Assembly: GCA_964016885.1 (NCBI GenBank) | Contig: OZ024754.1 | Span: forward strand, 37,448,001 to 37,512,000 | Reading direction: 5' to 3' | Source of the DNA: Eledone cirrhosa | Taxonomy: Eukaryota | Length of the DNA: 64,000 nucleotides | In this document: positions 1 through 11,862 of the stretch, one piece after another | Position numbering within the stretch: position 1 is the stretch's first letter | Layout of the letters: each line of letters opens with the position of its first letter | The notes under the pieces: generated by a model | Seen by the model: the letters and a program-made list of their open reading frames with translations, nothing else | Told to the model about the DNA's origin: nothing | Database searches by the model: none | Program-made: the position numbers and the translations under genes

Positions 1-219
1 TCCTTGACGAGGTCAGGATATTAAGTACAACTAAGAGAACGAAGAGGTAATTGAAATATTTGATCTCTTATCTGTGAGTCTGGAGGTGGGAATCAACAGT
101 CAGGTAGTTTATTGGCCCACAACAGTAAAATGAAGATTATATATCAACATACCCAGTTCACATATAGCTGTTGTGTTGATTTACACATGTCTGTACTGCC
201 TCACAACTTACTAACAGAA

Positions 220-676
220 TTAACTATCTCCTTACCATATTTCTAACAAAATACTCTTTCTATATGCTTCAAGTTATTTTGAAAATAATCAAGAGTTTAG
301 AAAGATTTAGTAACATGACTAACTTTCTCATTAAGCTGGTGTTTATAACATAGGTTTTTACATAAAATTATGATAGCCAGTTTTTAGTAAAATGTAAACA
401 CTTTAACCCTTTAGCATTTAAACCTGCCATATCCGGCCAGAATTTTCTCACCTCTTTTTATTCAAACCGGTTGTAACCTGCCAGTCATAATGATGTTAAG
501 GTATTGTTCTCAAAATAAATAACATAAAAATCTCATAGATTCCATATTATGTGAGATAATTATGTGAGGTAAAGCCTTTACCATGAAAATACAATAGTAT
601 ATATAGAGTAATGTAAATGTTAAAGGGTTAAAACAAACAGGGGTGGTTTCATTTGGTTTGGTATAAAAAGGGTTAA
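220..676. mobile_element. piggyBac-like (TTAA) MITE, degenerate, hosting a nested MITE
   Basis: ttaa..ccttacc / ggtataaaaagggttaa ends. 279-342 is similar to the reverse complement of 36265-36335 (same family). Confidence 0.5.
407..627. mobile_element. piggyBac-like MITE with TTAA TSD
   Basis: TTAA (403-406) + ccctttagcattta ... taaatgttaaaggg + TTAA (628-631); 13/14 TIR match. Confidence 0.75.
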
Positions 677-847
677 GGCATCAAATCTATAATTTCTTGA
701 GATATATGAAAGGATTTATAAGTTGAAGATAATCATGTCAGCCATATCTATGTCTCCATAATGAGGCAAAAGAAATAATTGATAAATCACTAATTTGAAT
801 AGTTAAAGCCAAATAGAGAGAGGCACTGTACCCCAGTAAATTTACTG

Positions 848-1137
848 AAAGGTGGGTGAATGTGGCAAAAATGGCCCGAATGATTGGGCCTTCTCTGTAT
901 AGGTTGAAGAAGAGAGCAAAAGGAAGAAAGGAGCACTTGCACAACACGGTCCTGGAGTTGAGGGTTGTTCTATCTACGGGGTATAAAACAACCCATTTGT
1001 AACGCCTCTCCCTTATTGGGGATTTCGATTGTTGAATTTGTATGTTAACATTTTTTTACACAATTGTATGTAAAATACCCGCCATATGTCTTTGTATTGG
1101 CCCCTTTTCTTGTGCGCCCTTGTGGCAAATAAAGAAA
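848..1137 (+). mobile_element. Tx1/L1-like LINE 3' end fragment
   Basis: Similar to 28013-28325 (aaggtgggtg..aatggcccga..; ending cccttgtggcaaataaagaaa). Confidence 0.55.
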
Positions 1138-1196
1138 TATATCTATTAAAGCCAAATATATTAGCATTAAATTGGTGCGTCAAAATTTAAGTTAAC

Positions 1197-1833
1197 TACC
1201 ACATATATTCAAATATAAGCCAATACAAATATAAACTGACCACACTATTTTATGTCAGAGAAATGGGCAAAAATCTAAAACTTATTTAGTTAGAATTTGA
1301 AGTTGGTGAAAATCATCAAAATATTGGTTTCTGATTTAGGCACAAGGTCAACAATTTTGGGGGAGGGAAAATCGACTGAATCGACCCCAGTGCATTACTG
1401 ATAGATATTTTATTTAACGACCCTGTAAGGATGAAAGGCAAAGCTAACCTCGGCAGGATTTGAACTCAAAGTAAAGGGTCGTAACTCTCTGCTGCGAAGA
1501 AGGGTGTCTAACGCTCTACCGATACTGCCAATCCACCACGTCAAAAAATTGGTTTCTTATATAGGCACCAGGCCAGCAATTTTTGGGGAGGGAAAAGTCG
1601 ATTAAATCGACCCCAGTGCGTGACTGGTACTTTATTTTATCGACCCCCGTAAGGATGAAAGGCAAAGTTAACCGCGGCAGGATTTGAACTCAGAAAGTAA
1701 AGGAGATCGATGCTCTACCGATACTGTCAATCCACCGCATCAAAATATTGACTCCAAATATAAGCTGACTCCACATCTACCATCGAATTTTTTGGTTACA
1801 TAAAAATCAGCTTATATCCGAGTATACACGGTA
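1197..1833. mobile_element. Tc1/pogo-like MITE interrupted by two SINEs
   Basis: Imperfect TIRs taccacatatattcaaatataagcc / cagcttatatccgagtatacacggta with TA ends. Confidence 0.45.
1327..1738 (-). mobile_element. Two tandem copies of the dominant tRNA-derived SINE (SINE-A)
   Basis: Reverse complement of ggattggcagtatcggtagag...gagttcaaatcc...ctttcatccttacggggtcgataaaataaagtaccagt...ggccttgtgcc..agaaac, with A/B-box-like head. Confidence 0.9.
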
Positions 1834-2325
1834 ATTATGTGTTAATATAACATGGTTGAATTCAAATCTAGAAGACGTTAACATTCTTGATAAGAGAAAT
1901 ATTTTAAGTTACTATAAATCGATTCTTACCTTTCTAGATATGTTTCATGCAATATAATTGAATAAGAATTTTAAATGTAGCTATTACTAGCTGCTGCTAA
2001 CAACTGTACATTTGAAATGACTTACAAAAATATAAACATTCTTGAAACGTCTATCTTCCACGCTAGCATGGATTAGATGAGTTTATCCTATTTGAGGCAA
2101 GTTGGGTCGGCTGACTGTGTCTCGCTCTTATAGGACACTGTTTCTGGCTGGTTTTCTATGGCTGGGGTGTTTGAGGACTCGGACTCTGCCTGCACCCCCC
2201 CCCCCCCCCAGAAATAAGTGGGCGAAGAAGAAGGTATAAGAAAATAAGTAAGAATAAGTGCAATGGCATGCATTTGGTTTATATGTCAAGTGTAGAGGAT
2301 TAATATAATCGATAGAGCATCAGAC

Positions 2326-2405
2326 GAAATCCCTTGTAGTATATATTTTTCATTGTCGTTTTAATGAAATCCCTTGTAGTATATATTTTTCATTGTCGTT
2401 TTAAT
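2326..2405 (+). repeat. Tandem duplication of ~40 bp
   Basis: gaaatcccttgtagtatatatttttcattgtcgttttaat x2. Confidence 0.8.
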
Positions 2406-2709
2406 GTCTACTTTCTCTGCGAGCAAGGGTATACCTCTAAATTCCATATTCAAATCTTACCAAGAATGACTTTTATATCTCCAGCAATATTTAAGGATGT
2501 CTATTTTAAGTTTTGGGGTGCAAGTCTCTCATATATTAACATTTTCTTTCATTCTTCTATGTTCGATAAAAATAAACTGTAATAATTTCGTAACATATAT
2601 TGGTTGAAAAATACAGTTTTTGTCTCTAAATATATGTGGACTCGTGCCAAAATGAGAAATACAGCTAAGAATTTTGTTTCTAAGAATTCTACTTTCTATT
2701 TTCTACTAG

Positions 2710-2955
2710 GAAACGGCACAATCGAATATCCTGAGTTTGTGGAAATGATGGCTAAACAGATGGGACCACCGGATACAGAGAAAGAGATGAGAGAAGCCTT
2801 CCGTGTGTTCGACAAAGATGGTAATGGACTTATAACAGCTGCTGAACTGCGCCAAGTAATGACTAATTTCTCCGATGAGAAACTCACTGCTGAAGAACTA
2901 TCAGATATGATACGAGAGGCAGATATAGATGGAGATGGTATGGTCAGTTATGATG
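2710..2955 (+). CDS. Squidulin/calmodulin-like EF-hand protein, penultimate coding exon (end of EF2, EF3, EF4 loop)
   Basis: Translates (G)[81 protein letters not shown]. Acceptor ttttctactAG at 2708-2709, donor GTTAGT at 2956, phase-1 introns at the classic calmodulin positions. As I recall the sequence, the 'MAKQMGP..EKEM' and 'NFSDEKLT' motifs match squid squidulin rather than canonical CaM. No upstream exons found in the window. Confidence 0.93.
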
Positions 2956-3167
2956 GTTAGTATCAATTATTTCATCATTCCATAAACTCTACAAACTGTT
3001 AGCAGTAGATTATCACAATTATAATATACAAATGTATCAGATTATTTAAAATGGAATTCAGTATGGCGTCGTAAAAGAAAATCAATTTGATAGGTTCACT
3101 CTCTATAAATGTGTGTGTGTGTGCGTGCGTGTGTGCGTGCGTGCGTGTGTGCGTGCGTGCGTAATGT

Positions 3168-3352
3168 GAAGACTAAAATCCGAAGAGGCTCGATAAGGAT
3201 TATATATATATATATAAAATATATATAAACCCGTAGAGCAAATATTTATTATAAGAACGGATTAAAGTTTAAGCAAAGAATCGCTGCTTTCACCCTTAAC
3301 GGGATCTTCTGAAACTAACAAAGTCAATCTGTGAACGCAGAAGTGAATATTT
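3168..3352. repeat. TA-associated dispersed module family C (also 20185-20412, 34920-34968, 41680-41822)
   Basis: Shared gaagactaaaatcc..aagcaaagaatcgc..ttcacccttaacgg.atctt. Minus strand has a degenerate HHR-like (C/A)nGAAGA..GAAA. Confidence 0.7.
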
Positions 3353-3519
3353 CAAAAAACGTTGCAACTGGAGGAAGACAGGAAGACGATACTTTGGTTC
3401 GTGCATGAGTTTTAGGTATGTTTTCCTGCTTGGTACGGGTATGTTCTTTGTAGAAATATTCAGATGTTGTTTCTGCATGATGAATATAAGAGTGATAAAA
3501 TAAATATATATATATCGAC

Positions 3520-3760
3520 AGTCGATTGACAAGATCCCAAACCTCATTGGCTTAACGAGTGAGGTGGAGCTCGTCAAATCCGACCGAGCAAACGATGTTT
3601 CTATTGGTCTTTTCAATTACTAATACTATCTGTCGGTCTCAAATCCAGACAGAAGGAACAACGTGAAATAAAGTGTCTTGCTCAAGGACATAACGCATCA
3701 CTCGGTCTGGGAATCGAAATCAAAACCTCACGATTGTGAATCCAATTCTCTAACCACTCA
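3520..3760 (-). mobile_element. tRNA-derived SINE-B (CORE/Meta-like central segment)
   Basis: Reverse complement matches 62700-62905; tRNA-like head and gtccttg(a/g)gcaaga(c/t)actttatttca. Confidence 0.8.
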
Positions 3761-3897
3761 TTCACACACACATGACGGCGAGTGGCTGTGTGTGTGTGCG
3801 TGTGTGTGTATGTGTGTGTGTGTGTGTATAATTGTGTTTGGATGAAACGATCGTTAGTAATTAAATGTTCTTAAACACTCTTTGATTGTTATTTATA

Positions 3898-3945
<48 letters not shown>

Positions 3946-4548
3946 TCTGAATGGGGAAAAAAGAATGAGTATTGACGAACATGGAACACGAACCCACATC
4001 TTTGGTTTGCCGGACCGATGTGTAACCATTCAGAGAGCTTTTTAAAGTCCCAACTAACAGAGTAATTTTATTTAGTCAAATACGGCGTAAGCAGCGGCTA
4101 TGTTTCTTCAGAGAACAAAGTGTGTGTGTGGGGGGGGGGGGGGCAGGCAAAGGAACTTTCGCACCGGGGAAAATCATCAGGAAAGCCGACAGTCAATGTA
4201 ATATGGTGGTAGAAACCATTTCTATATTAAATATTTATACTCTGCTATGTATTGAGTACCTTACTTACTGTGGTTACCTCCGATTGAACCCGGGATACAC
4301 ACACACACATATATATATATATATGAAAATTGCAAACTTGACTGTCACCACAAAATTTGAACCTGAAGATTGCGAAAGCATGAAAGTACTTGTTCAATTG
4401 ACACTTACCATTTAATATTCTACCATACTCTTTCATTCTAATACCATTATAAATTTTAAAGGATTGTAAATAAAACGAGTAAATCAGACAAAGTTGGAAT
4501 TCCTTTTATTAATATAATCTTCTATACACAATCATACACACCCGTCTA

Positions 4549-4615
<67 letters not shown>

Positions 4616-4744
4616 GTGTGTGTGTATATAAGAAAATGAGATTTTTTTAAATAAAAATAAACGAGATGTCCTACTCGAGGGAAAGTATAAGGAAATGAAA
4701 TCGAAAATGTAACTGAAGTCTTTTAAAGAATATTTATTAATTTC

Positions 4745-4780
4745 CTTTACCGGTTTCACAGTTCTTATGCTTTTCAAAAG
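4745..4780 (-). ncRNA. Minimal hammerhead ribozyme motif (U3-A8 variant)
   Basis: Minus: ctt-UUGAAAA-gca(taagaac)tgt-GAAA-CCGG-UA-aag; palindromic stem III loop. Confidence 0.55.
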
Positions 4781-4856
4781 CAGAATTGAGATGGAGGGTT
4801 TGTGGTTTTTCTCGCACATATATATATATATGTGTGTGTGTGTCTGTGTGGTGTAT

Positions 4857-4901
<45 letters not shown>

Positions 4902-5499
4902 TGTGTGTGTGTGTGTGTCTGTGTGTGTGTGTGTGTCTGTGTGTGTGTGTGTGTGCGTGTGTGTGGGTGTGTGTGTGCGTGTGTGTGGGTGTGCGTGCGT
5001 GCGTGCGTGCGCGTGTGTTTCTGTGTGAAAAATGCTGATATTTACCGCCATCATTTTACATAGATTTACTTGCCAACTGTTAACTCAACAAACATTCTTT
5101 AAAGATCTGCCTACTTCTTCAGCAGAACTGATCGATAACAGAAAAAGAGTTAAAGCATAAATAGCTTTGGCCAATGGCCAACGTTTAACAGATTCTAGAG
5201 ACATTTGAAATAACTGAATACAACTTGGAAATTCATTTATTGACTTGATGGATGCCAACTCTGTTAAGATGAGATCTTATATTTTGGAGTGATAGAAGAG
5301 CAACCTCTTATAAACACACACAGACACACATATATATAAGTACACACACACACACACACCTATATATATATATATATAAGCACATGAGCACACACATACA
5401 CATATATAAGCACATGAGCACACACACACACACATATATATATATAAGCACATGAGCACACACATACACATATATATAAGCACATGAGCACACACACAC

Positions 5500-5559
<60 letters not shown>

Positions 5560-5560
<1 letters not shown>

Positions 5561-5968
5561 ACAAAGAGGGTGTGGTAAGGAACCAGGTGGACCATAACGC
5601 ACCAGAGTACTCAATACTTAGGGTAGTTGAGTGGGTAATAGGAAAAGAGTCAGGACCCCGACGGCTGAGCTTCGGCTGTTTCGACACCTAGTTTCAGATC
5701 TAGCTGTCGAAACGGCCAGAGCTCAGCCGTCGGGGTCCTGACTCTTTTCCTATATATATATATATATATATATGGGAAAAAGTTTAACCCCGACGACAGA
5801 GCTCAAGCCGTTTCGACGGCTATTTCTGGACTCCAGAAATAGCCGTCGAAACGGCTTGAGCTCTGCAGTCAGGGTTAAACTTTTTCCTATTACCCACTCT
5901 ACTACCCTAAGTATTGAGTACTCTGGTGCGTTATGGTCCATCTGGTTCCTAACCACATTTCCTTCGTT
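5560..5968. repeat. Nested double palindrome of module family B within (TA)n
   Basis: Hairpins at 5640-5752 and 5777-5886; outer arms 5560-5650 and 5880-5968 are inverted copies. Same family at 34970-35097, 40805-40872 and 58733-58982. Confidence 0.9.
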
Positions 5969-6621
5969 ATATATATATAATATTAAAGGATGTGTGTATA
6001 GTCAGACACAAGAACAGTGTGTGAGTGTATGTGTGTGCTTGAGTGTGTTTGTGAATTGTTTGAGGTCTCCATTCTCATTTCTATACTTGAAGGACTCATG
6101 GCAAACAAACAGGTATTGATTCTTAAAAGGGATGTAAAACGTAATTACAAAAGTTGGTCATGATTGATTGTGAGTCGACATCCATCATATAGATATATTT
6201 TCCAAGAGATGGCAACATGAATGGACTTGTTATTTTTCTCTAAAGCCATTTTTTCCAATTTCACCCCGCCCGTCCCTCATTCTTTCTTCGCTTACGTAGA
6301 CCTCTCAAATTCGTTGGATTTTCAATTTGGATTTTCACCTCGAAACTGGATACCAACCCGGCGTATACCTGAACTTCCACCAGGAAATCTTTCGATCCAT
6401 GAAATTTTCTTTGCTTCTTGCATTTAAATATTCCATGACTATCACTTTTCCTCTACTACACTCTTCTTACACCACCTTCTTCTTCTTCTCACCCATCTAT
6501 TTTTCACTCCCACCCTAATACCTTCAACATGCCCAATCTCAAATCTTTTCTCCGCCAGCTCCATTCCACTCGCAAAATTCCAACCCGCCCGTCCCTTCAA
6601 TCTATCTTATTTCTCATTCTT

Positions 6622-6657
6622 TCTTCTGATGAAAGACTAGCGTCCGAAACGTTAAGA
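6622..6657 (+). ncRNA. Minimal hammerhead ribozyme motif (family E)
   Basis: tctt-CUGAUGA-a-agac(tagc)gtcc-GAAACGUU-aaga; lies in the last intron of the EF-hand gene, on the sense strand. Confidence 0.7.
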
Positions 6658-7154
6658 CCCGCTTCCCGCTATTTCAAGCGTTCGCCTAATATATTCCTTC
6701 CATATACTGTACCGATTGTGTTATTTGTTTTCCTTTTACATACATACATATATATATATATATCTCGAAATGCGATTCTCGCTGAATTTATACTTATATA
6801 TATATATATATATACATTATTATCATTATTGTTATTATATTACATTCAAAGTAAAGGGTGTCATGAATGATACAAAATGAAACATGTGTCTTGACTTTAA
6901 AAACACCTCAAGATAATAAAATCAAGCCTGAATCATTATAAGAAAGTTAATAAAATATATTCATACACACTTAAGTGTGCATTAAGATATATCAAAGTTT
7001 AAAGACTAGAGACAATCTGTACTGAATGCAAGATTACTTAATTCATAGAGTATCTTATTAAAATTAATAAAAATTAAAACAAAATACCTGATAATGATCA
7101 ATATATTTCCCTCATAATAAATTCATGTAATAAACATTTTTTATTTCCTTTCAG

Positions 7155-7186
7155 AATTCGTGGGTATGATGAAACACCAAAAGTAA
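7155..7186 (+). CDS. Squidulin/calmodulin-like protein, terminal coding exon (EFVGMMKHQK*)
   Basis: Polypyrimidine tract + cAG at 7152-7154. AA TTC GTG GGT ATG ATG AAA CAC CAA AAG TAA completes the phase-1 Glu codon and gives the CaM-family 'EFV.MM..K*' C-terminus. Confidence 0.88.
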
Positions 7187-7548
7187 AATGTTTGTGTTGC
7201 ATCATTTGCTCCAGATCAACGGGAGACTCACAGCTATCGTCATGTCACTGTGTTTGTTCAAAAGGGATTGACTATAAGGCCTCTCGTCCGCCTTCACTAC
7301 ACCCAACACCCCCTTATTGCACCAAATATCCAAACTAAAGACTTACTCAACAATAATCGTTTGTTTCATAATATTACTACCATAACGTTTTTGGATTTGT
7401 TACTTACCCTTACAATCATTCAAAATACGTCTGTATTACTGTTACACACTCTATCTACCTACAATTCTAACTACCTACCTATCTATCTACCTATCTATCT
7501 ATCTATCTACATATCTACTACTGCTGTATCGATATTTCACGCTAAATA

Positions 7549-7922
7549 CAGAGAGGGCCATTTAAGGGAGAATCGTTATAAAAATTGTTATCCTTTTCGT
7601 ATCTTGATCAACCCTAGCAAACGTTTTACACAATAAAGGTATACATCTAAAGACTTTTGTATAAGTTTCTTTTATTAATTGTTATTGCACTTTTAGTCCA
7701 TTTATATCAATAATTGCATTTTGCTTTTTCAGAATAACTCCATAGTAGGAATTTTGGGGGTATACAATCTGAAAAATCCGAAAATAATGTTAGTAAAAAA
7801 TAAACTTAACCTCAAACTAACTGCGGATGTCTACCTTGGTAGTGTACAATTTTGTTGGTTTTGTTGAAGAAATAAAAATGATATGACATTTTTGAGTTTC
7901 CCCACTTAAATGGCCAACCCTG
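7549..7922. mobile_element. Tc1/mariner-like MITE with TA TSD
   Basis: TA-cagagagggccatttaag ... cttaaatggccaaccctg-TA. Confidence 0.65.
7632..7637 (+). promoter_or_regulatory. Candidate polyadenylation signal
   Basis: First AATAAA seen after the stop codon, followed by T-rich sequence; lies within a MITE. Alternatives occur near 8006 and 8090. Confidence 0.4.
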
Positions 7923-8279
7923 TATTTCAAATAATTCTTTTTGTTTCACTTTCACCATTGTCATTGTTGTTATAAACGGTAAAGAAATGAAGAATTTAAA
8001 AAAAATAAATAAATGGAAAAAAAAAAATTAATTAAACCCGTTTTGGTAAAATTCCTGATATTATAACCGATGTTACATCCCTTACCAGCAATAAAATATT
8101 GTAAATATTTTACCAAAAGTTTCCAAGGTGATTCAAGTTTTTTTTTTTCATTCCAATTTCAATGATGTATTTAATATCGTTTGTTTTATTTAAATTAAAC
8201 AAACACATCTTTTCCTTCAAAATATTTGGTCATATTTAGAAAAAGCAACCAGTCAATGTATTTCCTGGAAAGCACAAGC

Positions 8280-8334
<55 letters not shown>

Positions 8335-8336
8335 TA

Positions 8337-8404
<68 letters not shown>

Positions 8405-8422
8405 GGTGTGTCTGTGTGTGTT

Positions 8423-8461
<39 letters not shown>

Positions 8462-8663
8462 ATATATAAATTTATTTATATATATATGTATATATAAAAT
8501 TTATTTATATATATATATATATGTATATATAAATATATTTATTTATATATATATGTATATATAAATATATTTATTTATATATATATATATATATAAATAT
8601 ATTTATTTATATATATATATATATATATAAATATATTTATTTATATATATATATATATAAATA

Positions 8664-8709
<46 letters not shown>

Positions 8710-8735
8710 TATATTTATATATATATATATAAGTA

Positions 8736-8801
<66 letters not shown>

Positions 8802-8901
8802 AGTATATTTATTTATATATATATGTATATATATATATATATGTATATATAAGTATATTTATTTATGTATATATAAGTATATTTATTTATATATATAAGT
8901 A

Positions 8902-8942
<41 letters not shown>

Positions 8943-9505
8943 GTATCTATATATATATAAATATATTTATTTATATATATATATGTATATATAAATATAT
9001 TTATTTATATATATATGTATATATAAATATATTTATTTATATATATATGTATATATAAATATATTTATTTATATATATATATAAATATATTTATTTATAT
9101 ATATATATAAATATATTTATTTATATATATATATATAAATATATATATAAATATATTTATTTATATATATATATAAATATATTTATTTATATATATAAAT
9201 ATATTTATTTATATATATAAATATATTTATTTATATATATATATATAAATATATTTATTTATATATATATATAAATATATTTATTTATATAAATATAAAT
9301 ATATTTATATAAATATAAATATATTTATTTATATAAATATATTTATTTATATAAATATAAATATATTTATTTATATATATATGTATATATAAATATATTT
9401 ATTTATATATATATATATATAAATATATTTATTTATATATATATATATATAAATATATCTATATATATATATACATATAGTTATTTATGTATATATATAT
9501 ATTTA

Positions 9506-9603
<98 letters not shown>

Positions 9604-9730
9604 AATATATTTATTTATATATATATAAATATATTTATTTATAAATATATATATGTGTGTGTGTGTGTATACATATAAATATATATACGCATAGATATAT
9701 ATGATATATCACACATATATAGAGATACAC
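8280..9730. repeat. Very long compound (TA)n microsatellite
   Basis: (TA)n with a recurring ataaatatatttattt sub-unit. Confidence 0.95.
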
Positions 9731-9890
9731 ATATAAATACATGCAAATATAATAGCATGGTCTTCTACTGGGGAACGGAAGTAGACTGCAATGAAATATG
9801 GTAGTTAAAACATCGTGTAGAGAGGTTACATAATTTATTTCAAAAAGACATTTTGTTGTTGAACTAACATTTTCTTTCTCCCTCTCTCTC

Positions 9891-9940
<50 letters not shown>

Positions 9941-9993
9941 ATATAAACTTATATATATAATGTATGTATGATCTATTCATGTGTGAGTGTGTA

Positions 9994-10027
<34 letters not shown>

Positions 10028-10182
10028 CGTGTGTGTGTGTGTGTGAGTGTAAGCAGAAGGGATATTTAATTTGTTGGAAATTCAACAAATATAAATGTTT
10101 ATAACTGATTCAGAGCATTCGACAGCTTTCTGGATATTCAATGATATTAAATAAATGGAAACTATATTTATAAAACCATATT

Positions 10183-10244
10183 TATTCTATTATATATATT
10201 TCAAGGGTACCAAAAACTTTAATACGCTTTCATCAGATGAAATA
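10183..10244 (-). ncRNA. Hammerhead ribozyme motif, family A (left arm of palindrome 10139-10481)
   Basis: Minus: tatttcat-CUGAUGA-stem II-GAAA-UAUAUA-UA-atagaata. Confidence 0.65.
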
Positions 10245-10375
10245 CAAAGTGTGTTTTATAAATTTTGATATAACCAAGGAAACATACCTTATCAGTTGAA
10301 TTTTTTATCCAAGGAAAATTCAACTGATAAGGTATAGTTTCCTTGGCTATGTCAAAATTTATAAAACACACTTTG

Positions 10376-10437
10376 TATTTTATCTGATGAAAGCGTACCA
10401 AAGTTTTTGGTACCCTTGAAATATATATAATAGAATA
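10376..10437 (+). ncRNA. Hammerhead ribozyme motif, family A (right arm)
   Basis: tattttat-CUGAUGA-aagcgtaccaaagtttttggtaccctt-GAAA-UAUAUA-UA-atagaata. Confidence 0.72.
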
Positions 10438-10562
10438 AATATGGTTTTATAAATATAGTTTCCATTTATTTAATATCATTGTATATATATGTGTGTATAT
10501 ATAATAAATACATTTACATATATCTACATATATACTTAGACATAAACATAACATATATATAC

Positions 10563-10623
<61 letters not shown>

Positions 10624-11362
10624 GTATATATATATAATGTATATATATATTTATGCATATATATACGTGTGTATGTGTGTGGGCCCGCGTGCTCAAAGAT
10701 ATTAGTTGGTATGAAATATCTTTATATGACACAAAATAAAGTCACCTCTTCTTATCTCTCAGACAAATACCCTATCTAGAAAACTATTTGAAAAATTACA
10801 TTCACTATCAAACAAACCACTAAGTCATTTTACTCTCGAGGCAGGAAATACAAACATTGTCACAGGAAGAAAAATTGTCAGAATTTATGTTTCTTGAAAT
10901 AAAAATGAAAGTAAAATAGAAGCTGAATTTGATAAAACTGGATAACATACGTGTTTCTTCTATGATCAATAAGTGTCTTTTATCAATATTTAGGTGTCTT
11001 AATATCATATCTACTCAAAAATATGACAATATTTAGTCTTCTTATAGCAATATCGGTTATGGTAATGATTGTTAATTCAGTGATTGCTATTTTAGCAATT
11101 CTTATTGCAATATTTGCCACTGCAACGTGTGTTTTTCTAATGGTTGCTATTGCAACGACTGTTTTTGTTATGTTTGTTATTGCAACGCTTGTGGTTGTAA
11201 TAATTGTTATTGCAGTGACAGCAATGGTAGCATGTATTGTTATTGCAACGATGTACAGTTGTTGCTATTTAAGAATTTAACATATTTCACATACAAACAC
11301 GCACAAAATACACACAAGCACACGCATGTACACACACACACACACACGCACGCATACACGTA

Positions 11363-11398
<36 letters not shown>

Positions 11399-11440
11399 GG
11401 TTACTTCGCTGCGGAGTTTCTGTTCTCCACCTATCCGAAC

Positions 11441-11476
11441 TTTCCTGATGAAGGACTTCTGTCCGAAACGTTGAAA
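11441..11476 (+). ncRNA. Minimal hammerhead ribozyme motif (family F)
   Basis: tttc-CUGAUGA-a-ggac(ttct)gtcc-GAAACGUU-gaaa, in a ~165-bp module between (TA)n tracts. Confidence 0.75.
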
Positions 11477-11675
11477 CATTCTGCACTTCCTCTAAGCATG
11501 AACATAATATAACTGTGTACAATTGCCTCTTGTGCTTTGTTCGTTCATTTTCAACTATTCATATATATATATATATATATAATTCATACGACACCAGCAA
11601 CTAAAGGTTTCATGAACTAACGGAACTTGCAGAAATGCAAGCGATGCCGTTAGTAGTCACACACACACACACACA

Positions 11676-11739
<64 letters not shown>

Positions 11740-11862
11740 TGTATCTGTGTATGTATGTATTGAGGTTATAGACATCTAAGTAAATATGCAGTTGAATTAA
11801 GAAGTATTGGGAAACTTTCAAAAGGGAGTCGTTTCAATTATAATTATTATTTATAATAAACA

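Noticed and set aside
2604-2709. N-terminal part of the 118-aa ORF
   Set aside because: Intronic read-through upstream of the splice acceptor at 2708-2709.
11023-11280. 85-aa hydrophobic 'membrane protein' ORF
   Set aside because: Degenerate (GTT/ATT/GCA) trinucleotide-derived low-complexity sequence; no gene context.
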